From contig CAVQNT010000004.1 of the NCBI GenBank assembly GCA_963714275.1, positions 63,071 to 127,070 of the forward strand: a stretch of DNA of 64,000 bases. Reading direction: 5' to 3'. The position numbers and the translations under genes are program-made. Positions within the stretch are counted from its first letter, which is position 1. Every line of letters begins with the position of its first letter. The DNA is from Candidatus Bathyarchaeota archaeon. Its GTDB lineage: Archaea; Thermoproteota; Bathyarchaeia; Bathyarchaeales; DTEX01. The notes under the pieces were generated by a model. The model did no database searches. It saw nothing but the letters and a program-made list of their open reading frames with translations, and was not told the origin of the DNA. Of this stretch, positions 10,350 to 21,128 are shown in pieces.

Positions 10350-10984
10350 ACTTTAAGAGAGTCAACTTGGCTAACTTGGATCTTAAGTCCTAATCCTAGA
10401 ACGTAGATTTCTGCACTCTGTTTTCTGCTGGCTTTTGGCTTGATGACTTTTACCTCGGAAAAGCACTTACGCATTGAGTAAAGGAAACGGTTGAATAGTT
10501 CGCCCTGAAAAACCTTGACGAAGAAGTTTCCGTTGTCCTTCAAAACCGAATTGGCGATTTGCAGCGACTTGTCAGCAAGGTCAATCTGCCGGGCGTGGTC
10601 AACCTCCCATATTCCCGAAACATTCGGAGACACATCTGAAGTTACAACGTCCGCTTTACATGGAAGAATCGCAATAATCCGATCTTTTGTCTCAGAGGTA
10701 GTTATGTCCCCTACAATCGTCAAAACATTGGTAAAATCAAACGGTTTAATTTCTGTCAAGTCTACTCCCAACACAAACCCTTTTGAGCCTACTATCTTTC
10801 TTATTACCCGCAACCAACCGCCGGGAGTAGCTCCCATGTCCAAGACAACGTCACCAGGCGTTATGAACAGAAATTTTTCGTTTGCTTCGGCTATTTTGTA
10901 AGCAGCCCGCGACCGGTAGTTTTCCTCTTTCGCCTTCCTGAAATAGTAGTCTTTCCTGTGCCTTCTCACCCATTCTCTAGGCAA
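10346..10984 (-). CDS. rlmE: 23S rRNA (uridine-2'-O)-methyltransferase RlmE/FtsJ
   Basis: 212 aa. YRSRAAYKIAEANEKF and the SAM motif VLDMGATPGGW. Confidence 0.88.
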   Translation of the reverse strand: MPREWVRRHRKDYYFRKAKEENYRSRAAYKIAEANEKFLFITPGDVVLDMGATPGGWLRVIRKIVGSKGFVLGVDLTEIKPFDFTNVLTIVGDITTSETKDRIIAILPCKADVVTSDVSPNVSGIWEVDHARQIDLADKSLQIANSVLKDNGNFFVKVFQGELFNRFLYSMRKCFSEVKVIKPKASRKQSAEIYVLGLGLKIQVSQVDSLKV

Positions 10985-11361
10985 CTAGCTGTCACCAGAA
11001 GGCTCCGTCTCCCCTTGGAAAGAGCCGAGAATCCAGTCTGTGAGGGTGTTGCAGTCGCTGGGGGACACTCTTCCGCCTGCCCCACATCTTATGCTCTCTT
11101 CGCACGTCAAGCATGGGCACAATAAAATTGAGTCTATCGAGACAGGTTGCCTCATCGAAAACAGCCTGTAGGTCCAACGACCGTTCGAAACTTCCTTGTC
11201 GCGGCGAATTAAGCCTTTCTTTTCGAGCTTCAACGAGATTCTGGAGCCTTCTCTGCTGCTGGCATCAACATTTCGCCACAACTCAGCTGAAGAAGCCCCT
11301 GTTCGCCAGCGTTCATTACGAGCTGCAACGCTTTTTGTTCTAGGTCAGTCTGCTTAGGCAT
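10985..11361 (-). CDS. Winged-helix protein with C-terminal Cys cluster, TFE-beta/RPC34-like (one frameshift)
   Basis: An ATG at 11361 gives MPKQTDLEQKALQLVMNAGEQGLLQ, then shifts into track ORF 10985..11281. wH segment SRISLKLEKKGLIRRD, followed by CPCLTCEESIRCGAGGRVSPSDCNTLTDWIL, which matches the PC..C....C..GG.iSP..C....W Fe-S pattern of RPC34/TFE-beta. Confidence 0.55.
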
Positions 11362-11488
11362 CAAGCCTTCCTCAGTAATTCGTTTTCAATATTATATACC
11401 GCAGCCTCCCATAAAAGAGTATAGACTCAACATCGGGAAACTGGCATTCAACACAATTTTTATGTGTCTCCGGCTAATAGTTGGTTTC

Positions 11489-12502
<1,014 letters not shown>

Positions 12503-12513
<11 letters not shown>

Positions 12514-13135
12514 AAAGGGCGCTGAAGCCAGCCTTTATCTGGAGGATTGGCATGGCAGGAAAGTGGTTCTGAAGAAGCGGGTTTCGAAGAAGTACCGGGT
12601 GCCAGAGCTGGATGTGGAGATTCAGACTAAAAGGACTAGGCATGAACCCCAAATTATGCATAAGGCTAAGGAAGCAGGGGTTCCGGCTCCGATCGTTTTT
12701 CTGGTAGACCTTGAAGAGGCGACAATAGTTATGGAGTTTGTTGAGGGAAAGCAAGTTAAACACGTTCTGAACGGTCTGCCGCAGGATGAAAGGAGAAGGC
12801 TCTGCCAGCAAATTGGGGAGCTTGTTGGGAAGCTTCACAGCCACGGGATAGTGCACGGGGACTTGACGACTTCGAACATGATCTTGACGCCCACGGGCAA
12901 GGTTGTGTTCATCGATTTCGGATTAAGCGACCAAACCTGGGAGCTTGAAGCCAAAGGGGTTGACCTTCACCTCATGAAGAGGGCAATCGCGAGCACACAC
13001 TTTATGCACGCTGAAGAATGCTTTGAGGCAGTCATAGATGGGTACGAAAAGACCATGGGAAAAAATGCGACCAATGAAGTTTTGGAAAAAATCGCTGAAA
13101 TAGAAAGAAGGGGAAGATATATTTCAGAAAGATGA
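12503..13135 (+). CDS. bud32: KEOPS kinase/ATPase Bud32
   Basis: An ATG at 12503 overlaps the kae1 stop. MLIKKGAEASLY, HGDLTTSNMIL, IDFGLS (RIO-like kinase core). Track ORF 12470..13135. Confidence 0.88.
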
Positions 13136-13160
13136 CTTTGCATCAATGCAATAAAGTCTT

Positions 13161-13766
13161 GTGAGGAAGGCTGTAATGGTACGAAATCATTTTCCTTACG
13201 GGCGGCTTGTCTTCTTCGCCACCGGTAACCTTCATAAATTTAATGAAGCTAGACGAGTTCTCGCAGAATTCAACATTGCCACAGCCATGATTAAGATTAA
13301 AATATCGGAAATACAGGACGACGATATAGAGAATGTAGCCAATGTGAGTGCCACAGAGTCTGCGCGAAGAAGCCATTTACCTGTCATCGTTGAGGACGCG
13401 GGGCTTTTCATAGAGGTGCTGAACGGGTTTCCGGGACCATACTCGAAGTATGTCCATAGCACCATAGGAATGGAAGGAATTCTCACGCTTTTGAAAAACC
13501 GTCAAAACAGGAAAGCCTGCTTCAAGTCTGCAGTGGCGTTCAATGATGCTGAAAGAGCAGCTAAATGCTTCGTCGGAGTTGTCGAAGGCAAAATCACGGA
13601 GGAAATTAGAGGAACAGGCTCGTTCGGGTTTGACCCGATTTTTGAGCCTAAAGAAAAGCCGGGAAAAACATTCGGCGAAATGACGGTTGAGGAAAAAAAC
13701 AGTGTATCTCACCGTTTTCGAGCGTTGCGGGATTTTGCGGAATGGTATAAGAAAACTTACGTATGA
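13161..13766 (+). CDS. Non-canonical purine NTP pyrophosphatase (HAM1/RdgB family)
   Basis: FATGNLHKFNEA, VEDAGLFIEVLNGFPGPYS, FGFDPIF, SHRFRAL. Confidence 0.88.
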   Translation: MRKAVMVRNHFPYGRLVFFATGNLHKFNEARRVLAEFNIATAMIKIKISEIQDDDIENVANVSATESARRSHLPVIVEDAGLFIEVLNGFPGPYSKYVHSTIGMEGILTLLKNRQNRKACFKSAVAFNDAERAAKCFVGVVEGKITEEIRGTGSFGFDPIFEPKEKPGKTFGEMTVEEKNSVSHRFRALRDFAEWYKKTYV

Positions 13767-13956
13767 GGTAGTATTGGTAACCTGTTTCTTGGCTGTTTTC
13801 AGACATCGTTTTGTCCTTTTGCTGCCCTCTTTAATACACATCTTCCACCGCTTCCTTACAGGAATGGGTGTGAACAATGTCTAGTCTTTAGTGTCTCAAC
13901 AAAGTTTTTAAATAGCGGATGAGTTGCTTTAGAAGAATTCGAATGGAGGATAGGCA

Positions 13957-14411
13957 GTGCCCAAAAAAGAAAAGGGAACGTCGCATTCAAAGCGGCCTCT
14001 CAGTCGGCGAAGTCCAAGCTGGTGTAGATACACTTCTGAAGAGGTAGAAGCTCGTAGTCATCAAGCTTGCGCGGGAAGGAAATCCTCAAAGCAAAATCGG
14101 CGTAATCCTGCGTGACCAATACGGGATTCCGCTGACCAAGACTGTAACGGGGAAAGGTCTTTCTGACATTCTAAAGGAGAACAACCTGAGTCCTTCGGTT
14201 CCTGAGGACCTTGACGCATTGTTAAGGAAAAGCTACTAGACTTCGCGCTCACCTCGACAGGAACAGGTCAGACGCGTATAACAGGCGAGCGATTCAGGTG
14301 ACCGAGTCTAAGATTTACAGCCTTTCAAACTTTTATAAAAGTAAAGGCGTCTTGCCTGAAGACTGGAAGTATGCTTCTGCATGGAAGTATGCTTCTGCAG
14401 CTCGTTCGTAA
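13957..14411 (+). CDS. rps15: 30S ribosomal protein uS15 (S15P/S13e), two frameshifts plus an 18-bp tandem duplication
   Basis: GTG start at 13957 (PKKEKGTSHSKRP..WCRYTSEEVEA). Alternative frames give VIKLAREGNPQSKIGVILRDQYGIPLTKTVTGKGLSDILKENNLSPSVPEDLDALLRK and ATRLRAHLDRNRSDAYNRRAIQVTESKIYSLSNFYKSKGVLPEDWKY. Confidence 0.85.
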
Positions 14412-14423
14412 TCGTAGCCGTGG

Positions 14424-15884
14424 ATGAACATGGCAGCTAACAACGGTCAGACTGAACCTTTTTTAGACGAAACCCGTAAAGCTGCTAAACGTATCTTAGA
14501 ACATGTTAGAAAAGGAAATACCATTTCAATCATTTCCCACATGGACGCAGACGGGATTTCAGACTGCAGGAATCATGGGCGCACTCTCTCAAGGATAAAC
14601 GCTGTGTATCGGCTCAGGATTGAAAGGTGGTTTGATGGCAAAGTTGCCGAGTCAATCGCCAAAGAAAAATCGCTTACGATTTTAACTGACTTAGGAAGCG
14701 GATACCTAGACGTTTTGAATGAGAAGGCGAAGGAAAAACCCTTAATCATCCTCGATCACCACCAGCCTATCGGCGAACCTGATAAGGCGTTTTTGCACAT
14801 TAACCCTCAGCTATTCGGGTTCGATAGCGCCCGGGACATCAGCGGCGCAGGAATAGCCTATCTTACGGCAAAGGCGATTTCGGAAAAAAACTTGGACCTA
14901 GCCTGCGTCGGCATAGTTGGCGCCCTCGGAGACATGCAGGACAAAAACAAGGAAAGAAGGTTGGGAGGAATTAACCGCCTCGTCGTCGAGGACGCGGTTA
15001 AATCGGGCGGTCTGGAGCTCGTGACTGATCTCCTATTTTTTGGCAGGGAGACCCGTCCCATTCATAAGGCTTTGGCTTACACGACGACTCCCTTCATTCC
15101 CGGAATCAGCGGCGAAGAGGACAAAAGCCTTGATTTCCTCATTGGACAGGGCATCAAACCTAAAATTGGCGAAAAATGGCGCGCGTTAAGGGACCTTTCG
15201 CAGGACGAGAAACGCCAGTTGTTCTCGGCTTTGTCTGACCACCTTGTCTCCAGAGGTCTAAAAAGCGACGTCGCAATGAACCTTCTCGGAATGGTTTATG
15301 TTTTAACTCGAGAGGAGCCTTGGACTCCGCTCCGCGACGCGAGAGAGTTCAGCTTGCTTTTGAACGCTACTGGAAGAACGGGGAAGCCAGGTTTGGGCGT
15401 GGCTATCTGCATGGGCGACCGGGGCAAGTGTTTGGAGGAAGCCAACGTTGCGCTTGACGAGTACAGACAGGCTATCACTGAGATTCTGCGTTGGATTGAG
15501 GCTCATCCCGACCGTGTGGAAGAAATGGACAGCATATACGTTCTTCATGGCGGGGAATCCGTCGACGAGAAGATGATAAGCGCGGTCTCCACTATTATTA
15601 TGACGAACATGCCTAACTCGGAAAAGCCCGTGATTGCCTACGCTGCGGTTCCAAGCGAAAACATTCTCAAGGTTTCAGCTCGCACAGTGGACGCGTTGAC
15701 TTCAAGGGGGTTTAATATAGGCGAAATCATGAGAGAGGCTTCCGAAAAGTTCAGTGGCACAGGCGGAGGACACGACGTCGCAGCCGGCGCACAGGTTCCG
15801 ATCAAGAACCGTGAAAGTTTCCTGAAGTACGTCGACGAGCTCGTGAAAGACAGCTTAAAGAGGCTAACGAAGCATGGAAACTGA
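14424..15884 (+). CDS. RecJ-like DHH/DHHA1 phosphoesterase (archaeal GAN/RecJ-Cdc45-like nuclease)
   Basis: 486 aa. SHMDADGIS, ILDHHQP (DHH) and GGGHDVAAGAQV (DHHA1). Confidence 0.85.
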   Translation: MNMAANNGQTEPFLDETRKAAKRILEHVRKGNTISIISHMDADGISDCRNHGRTLSRINAVYRLRIERWFDGKVAESIAKEKSLTILTDLGSGYLDVLNEKAKEKPLIILDHHQPIGEPDKAFLHINPQLFGFDSARDISGAGIAYLTAKAISEKNLDLACVGIVGALGDMQDKNKERRLGGINRLVVEDAVKSGGLELVTDLLFFGRETRPIHKALAYTTTPFIPGISGEEDKSLDFLIGQGIKPKIGEKWRALRDLSQDEKRQLFSALSDHLVSRGLKSDVAMNLLGMVYVLTREEPWTPLRDAREFSLLLNATGRTGKPGLGVAICMGDRGKCLEEANVALDEYRQAITEILRWIEAHPDRVEEMDSIYVLHGGESVDEKMISAVSTIIMTNMPNSEKPVIAYAAVPSENILKVSARTVDALTSRGFNIGEIMREASEKFSGTGGGHDVAAGAQVPIKNRESFLKYVDELVKDSLKRLTKHGN

Positions 15885-16137
15885 GATTAGGCTAGTCTAC
15901 AAAGATCCGAAGGAGGCAAAAGCAGTCTCCGAAGCCATCTCGCCAGACAACGTCGAAACGCCGGGTGACCTTTCCATACAAACCTCTTGGACGGAAAAAA
16001 CGGTTACAACCACAGTCAAATACGACGAAGACAACATCATGACCTTCATCTCAACAATCGACGACATACTAAGCTGCGCCTCAGTCGCAGAAAAAGCCTT
16101 TATGGCAACAAAGATGATGAAACGCATCTCTCAGTAA
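15874..16137 (+). CDS. pcc1: KEOPS subunit Pcc1
   Basis: 87 aa. AISPDN..P and TIDDILSCASVAEKA are typical of archaeal Pcc1. It overlaps the recJ-like stop. Confidence 0.65.
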   Translation: METEIRLVYKDPKEAKAVSEAISPDNVETPGDLSIQTSWTEKTVTTTVKYDEDNIMTFISTIDDILSCASVAEKAFMATKMMKRISQ

Positions 16138-16507
16138 CCTTCATTCATTCGCAACCTACGTTGTCTCTCTTTTAGAGAAAAGTTACTAAAAAAATTATAG
16201 GTAGTCCGTTTCCCTCCTTTTTTATTATAAAATATGTCGAGTAATAACTAGAAACATGGTTCTTTTTTCGTAATCATCTTGATTCTAAAAACTCGTATTT
16301 ACCTGATATTGATAAAATATCAGCTGATTGCCCGTGATGTTTGATGAAATCCTGATTATTTAGAGGAAATTAATTGTATGCTAAACCTTTTTATATAGGG
16401 CTCCGGTTAGTTGAGTTATCACATTAATTTATGCTTGAATCACAAAAGCCTTTTGAAGGCTTTTAAAATTACATGCAAAATTTTTGTGATAGGAGAAATA
16501 AGAAAAT

Positions 16508-17775
16508 ATGCAGATACAATGCTTTGAAGATTTACCGTTAAGTTCGGAGGTTATGAAAGGTATTGAAGAACTTGGATTCACAGACCTTTTCCCAATTCAG
16601 ACTCAAGCAATAATTCCATTACTTGAAGGCAAAGACGTTATCGGGCAGGCACAGACCGGAACAGGCAAGACTGCTGCTTTCGGAGTTCCGATGGTCGAAC
16701 GTATAAATCCAAAAATTAACAATGTTCAAGGCTTAATCTTAGAGCCGACACGTGAACTCGCAATACAAATTGCAGAACAGATAAGCAAATTTGGCAAATA
16801 TGCTACATTAAAGGTCTTACCAGTTTATGGTGGAGAATCCATTCGAAAACAAATCTGGACATTGAAAGAAGGCGTTCACATTGTTGTTGGTACGCCAGGT
16901 CGCATAATAGACCTGCTTAAAAGAGGAATATTGAATCTGGCGTCGGTGAAGACTGTTGTTCTCGACGAAGCTGACAGAATGCTTGATATGGGGTTCATAG
17001 ATGACATAGAATACATACTTTCAAAGGTGCCTGAAAACAGGCAGACAAGCCTCTTCTCAGCAACAATTGACCAGTCAGTAATGAGAGTATGCGACAGATA
17101 CATGAAGAGACCAGAAAAAATACTTGTAAGCAAAGACGAAATAGCCCTTACACAGATAACCCAGTATTACATGGTTATAAACTCAGAGTAGAAAATTTGA
17201 AAATTTATGTAACATTTTAGATGAAAATCACATAGAACGAGCCATTATTTTCTGCAGAACGCGCAGAGGCACAAACATGGTTGGCAGATAGTCTAAGAGC
17301 TAAAGGATACGATGCAGAACCATTACATGGCGGCTTCACTCAACCGCAAAGAGACTTCGTTGTCAACTCATTCAGAAAAGGAAAACTGAAACTGCTTGTT
17401 GCAACTGATGTTGCTGCAAGAGGCTTGGACATTCAAGGAATTACTCACATAATAAACTATGATATCCCCCTAGAAGCATTAGTCTATTTCCATAGAATCG
17501 GACGAACAGCCAGAATGGGAAGCGACGGAACAGCCATAACGCTCGTGGGCTACGGAGAAATGGATAAATTAAACCAGATAAGAGCTTTAACAAAAACTGC
17601 AATAGAAGAAATAGAAAATCCAAAATCCCAAGAGATGCATAAAGCAGTCTGTTCTGATTGTGGTAATAAATGTGAGGTTCCCTTCAAACCCAATCCTAGC
17701 AGGTCAGTTTATTGCCAAAATTGTTGGGAAAAGAGAAAACCACAAAGACTAAACGGATACATAAATGTAATCTAG
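16508..17775 (+). CDS. DEAD-box ATP-dependent RNA helicase with C-terminal zinc-ribbon tail (frameshift near 17190)
   Basis: Fragments 16508..17191 and 17281..17775. AQTGTGKT, PTRELA, VLDEADRMLDMGF, SAT, ARGLDI, HRIGRTAR. Tail CSDCGNKCEVPFKPNPSRSVYCQNC. Confidence 0.9.
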
Positions 17776-17918
17776 GTAACATCAATTGTTATTGGCAAGG
17801 CTCTAAAAAACATTATTACGTTTAAAATTTTTTGTAAACATGAAATTGTTTCTTGGAAACCTGTCTGTTGCCAAGTAGGTGTGGAATCATCACGTGTAAG
17901 CATGACCTGCCATTATTA

Positions 17919-18625
17919 CTAATCAGACTGCTCCATCTCAATGTTGTTTGCAGTTGAATTCACAACATTGATTTTCCCATGTTTGCCGATTCTTAACTGG
18001 CGTTCACCTCTAAACCAAGCAACATGCGCATTCTCGATTTGAACAACGTCGTGAAGAGCTAACTCCTTCCATTTGAGCCTCCAAATAGACTTAGGTTAAT
18101 AGTTCCTGTTTCGTCGGAAATTAGGGCATTTGATAAGTTAGCGTAGAAGCCAGAACTCGTTGCAATATGTATTGGCTTCGATACTTTGAGGACTCGCGCA
18201 ATTATGTTAAGACGTCTCATTCCAGCCCTTAAATTTCCAATCTTATGGCTTTTGGATTTAGCCTCTTGCGATTGGGTCATTATAGCCGACTGCCTACAAA
18301 CAATTTCCTTTAGCGTACTTGTTTTTTCGCGAAGAAGGTGTTCAGAAATATGAAATTGTCCGACAACTTCCCAGCCTTCGGTTATGAGAAAGATTGCGTA
18401 GTCCTTTTCTCTCGACCGACATTCAATTGTTAGTTTTCCGCACTCAGTTTTCTGATGTTGATATGCACTGAAAAAACTATCAATAAATTTTTCTGGAATA
18501 ACATTGTATTTCATTGTAACCTTGGCAAGATACTCCAAAATCTGAAAATCTACTTGGGCAAGACTCCCTTCGTTCGGTCGCCCTCGCCTACCCTCATATT
18601 CATATAACATTTTTCCTTCTTCCAT
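17919..18625 (-). CDS. OB-fold nucleic-acid-binding protein (RPA-like), one frameshift near 18075
   Basis: Track ORF 18059..18625 ends ..ISDETGTINLSLFGG. The alternative frame continues WRLKWKELALHDVVQIENAHVAWFRGERQLRIGKHGKINVV, a classical RPA/tRNA-anticodon-type OB pattern, with its stop at 17919. Confidence 0.65.
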
Positions 18626-18732
18626 TATTGCCGTGTTAAGTTTATTTCGATCGTTGCTGATTTAGGTGCTTGGATTCATATGGCACTCATGTCAGACAAG
18701 CAGAAAGAATAGACTCTTTCAAATTTTACATT

Positions 18733-19047
18733 TTAAGTCTTAAGGAACCCCTTGCTTCTCAGTAAATCTGTTTGGTTTTTTTTGTATCGCCAACAAATAT
18801 CGCCTCGTATGTCAGATTGGATGTCCCACGGAGAAACTAAAACAATGTCTCCTAAACGAATCCAAGCTCGTCTCTTCATTTTCCCCCGAATTCGGCAGAG
18901 GCGCTCATGGCCATCTTGGCATTTTACCATGATTCGGTCAAAACCGAGGAATTTAACAGCTACTCCTAATATATCGTTAGCAACTGGCAATTGTATGTTA
19001 TTTATGTCGTCTTCGCTGACAATTTTTCGTTTACCCATTTTCCTCAC
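18733..19047 (-). CDS. eif1a: Translation initiation factor aIF-1A
   Basis: 104 aa, S1-like OB. VKCQDGHERLCRIRGKMKRRAWIRLGDIVLVSPWD. Confidence 0.92.
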   Translation of the reverse strand: MRKMGKRKIVSEDDINNIQLPVANDILGVAVKFLGFDRIMVKCQDGHERLCRIRGKMKRRAWIRLGDIVLVSPWDIQSDIRGDICWRYKKNQTDLLRSKGFLKT

Positions 19048-19618
19048 CTATCTTTCTTTTGTTATCTGTTTGTTGTCCATGTATGTTTTCTTACCAGTTT
19101 TTTTCTTCAATGTGCAATGAAATCTTACAGATGATCGACATTTTCTGCAGTTAGTAACGAAACCCGTTCTTAGACTACACACTCTCTTTTACCTCTTTAC
19201 ATGCTTTGAAAAGACCCAGTTATTCAATAGGACAAGCCTAAAGTATAAGAGAAAACTTTTCAAATATAGTAGTGCTTCCACTCTTATAAAGACATAGAAA
19301 AAACCATTCAAAAAAAATCCCAATAAAAGAGGTTTTAAAAGAGCTTAATGTTACAAAGGATCGCTGTACAACGAGTATTTTGACAAAGTTCAAAAAAGAT
19401 CTGCGTAAATGGTAACAGTTCGAAAAAGACGCTGAAAGCTTTAAAATCCAAACAAAAAGGTTTTTTCAGCCTCTGGCACCGGACTCCGACGGAAAAACTT
19501 CAGCACGGTCGCAAATCTCCCTCTTTTTTTCTGTTGAACCTGTTTCGTTTAGTTAACTGAGCTAAACCAAGACATGTTCCCAGTTAGAAATAAAGGAAAA
19601 TAAGATAGACATTTGTCG

Positions 19619-20569
19619 TCAATCAATTTCTAGCATTCTATCAACAACTTTTTTGGCCCTTAGTCGAACGTCTTGGGGGACTTTGATTTCATGTTTCATG
19701 TCCTGTAGTGACCACAGCACTTTTTCTAATGTAGTTAACTTCATGTTAGGGCATATCGCGGACTCTGAAGCAGGATAAAATGTTTTGTCGGGGTTCTCTT
19801 TTCGCAACTTGTGTAGTATCCCGACTTCTGTACCTACAATTATTTCATAAACTTTTGATTCTTGGGCATACCTGCACATTCCTCCGGTTGAAAGCACCTC
19901 ATCTGCCAAAGCAATAACTGGTGGCGTACATTCCGGATGGACTATCACTTCGGCTTCTGGATGTAGCTTCTTTTGCTTTAGAATGTGTTCTGGTAAAATC
20001 TTAACATGTGTTGGGCAGAATCCGTTCCAAGGAATGATTTTCTTTTCAGTTTTGGTGGACACATAATGCGCCAGATATTTATCGGGAACGAAGATGACTT
20101 CAGGTTTACGTATTGACTCTACCACTTTCACCGCGTTGGAAGAGGTGCAGCAGATATCGCTTTCTGCCTTAACAGCTGCGGCTGTGTTAATGTAGCAGAC
20201 CACCGTTGCTTCTGGGTGTTTGTCCTTTAAAGCGTGAAGTGCTTCTGCTGTGATCATGTTAGCCATCGGACATCCAGCTCTTACCTCTGGCATCAACACA
20301 GTTTTTTCTGGGCATAGGATGGAAGCCGTCTCAGCCATAAAGTGTACACCACAGAACACAATCACTTCTGCATCACTTCTAGCAGCATTTTGACTCAAAC
20401 CCAAAGAATCCCCTACATAGTCAGCAATGTCCTGGACTTCACCTATCTGGTAATTGTGGGCTAGGATAATCGCATTTCTCTGCTTCTTGAGCTCACTAAT
20501 TTTATTTACTAGCGACGAGGGCTTTAGATTCTCCAAATACAAACATCCCCAACATCTACCATATATCAC
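19619..20569 (-). CDS. nadA: Quinolinate synthase NadA
   Basis: 316 aa. AIILAHNYQ, VFCGVHFMAETA, and conserved Cys ligands (CPMA, CCTSSNA, HPECT). Confidence 0.9.
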   Translation of the reverse strand: MIYGRCWGCLYLENLKPSSLVNKISELKKQRNAIILAHNYQIGEVQDIADYVGDSLGLSQNAARSDAEVIVFCGVHFMAETASILCPEKTVLMPEVRAGCPMANMITAEALHALKDKHPEATVVCYINTAAAVKAESDICCTSSNAVKVVESIRKPEVIFVPDKYLAHYVSTKTEKKIIPWNGFCPTHVKILPEHILKQKKLHPEAEVIVHPECTPPVIALADEVLSTGGMCRYAQESKVYEIIVGTEVGILHKLRKENPDKTFYPASESAICPNMKLTTLEKVLWSLQDMKHEIKVPQDVRLRAKKVVDRMLEID

Positions 20570-20586
20570 GGGATAGATTTCAAAAG

Positions 20587-20751
20587 CTATTTGCAGGATG
20601 TTTTTTTCTGAATCTTTCTTTCAAATTGGTCAGCATGTTGTTTACAGCAGAAGTAGTATTCTTCCCCGTCGATAACTCTCTTACACTCAGCGAATAAACA
20701 TTTCTCGTTAGAGAATTCAGCGTTGCATACTTCACATTTCATGAATTTCAT
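20587..20751 (-). CDS. Small TRASH/YHS-type zinc-finger protein
   Basis: Not in the track (under 60 aa). M(KF)MKCEVCNAEFSNEKCLFAECKRVIDGEEYYFCCKQHADQFERKIQKKTSCK. Pattern C-x2-C..(Y)YFC-x3-H. The upstream ATG overlaps the iscU stop (ATGA). Confidence 0.5.
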   Translation of the reverse strand: MKFMKCEVCNAEFSNEKCLFAECKRVIDGEEYYFCCKQHADQFERKIQKKTSCK

Positions 20752-21128
20752 TTTTTGATCTCCTCTTTCTTTTTGAGATAGTCTTTTATAGCTTCACGCA
20801 GGCCGTCAGCAGCTAGGTTTGAGCAGTGCATCTTTATTGGAGGCAATCCTCCTAGATTTTCAGCTACGTCTGCCCTCGTTATTTTCATGGATTCTTCAAG
20901 CGTTTTGCCCTTTGCCAGCTCCGTTATCATGCTGCTTGTTGCTATGGCGGCCCCACAGCCAAAAGTTTTAAACTTAACATCCTCTATTCGATCGTCCTTT
21001 ACCTTTATGTAGATGGTCATCAAGTCTCCACAAACTGGGTTGCCCACGGTTCCAACGCCGTCCGCATCTGCAATCTCACCCATGTTACGTGGATTCCTGA
21101 AGTGATCCATAACCTTCTCGCTATACAT
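20748..21128 (-). CDS. iscU: Fe-S cluster scaffold IscU/NifU-like
   Basis: 126 aa. GNPVCGDLM, FKTFGCGAAIATSS, HCSNLA. Confidence 0.92.
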   Translation of the reverse strand: MYSEKVMDHFRNPRNMGEIADADGVGTVGNPVCGDLMTIYIKVKDDRIEDVKFKTFGCGAAIATSSMITELAKGKTLEESMKITRADVAENLGGLPPIKMHCSNLAADGLREAIKDYLKKKEEIKK

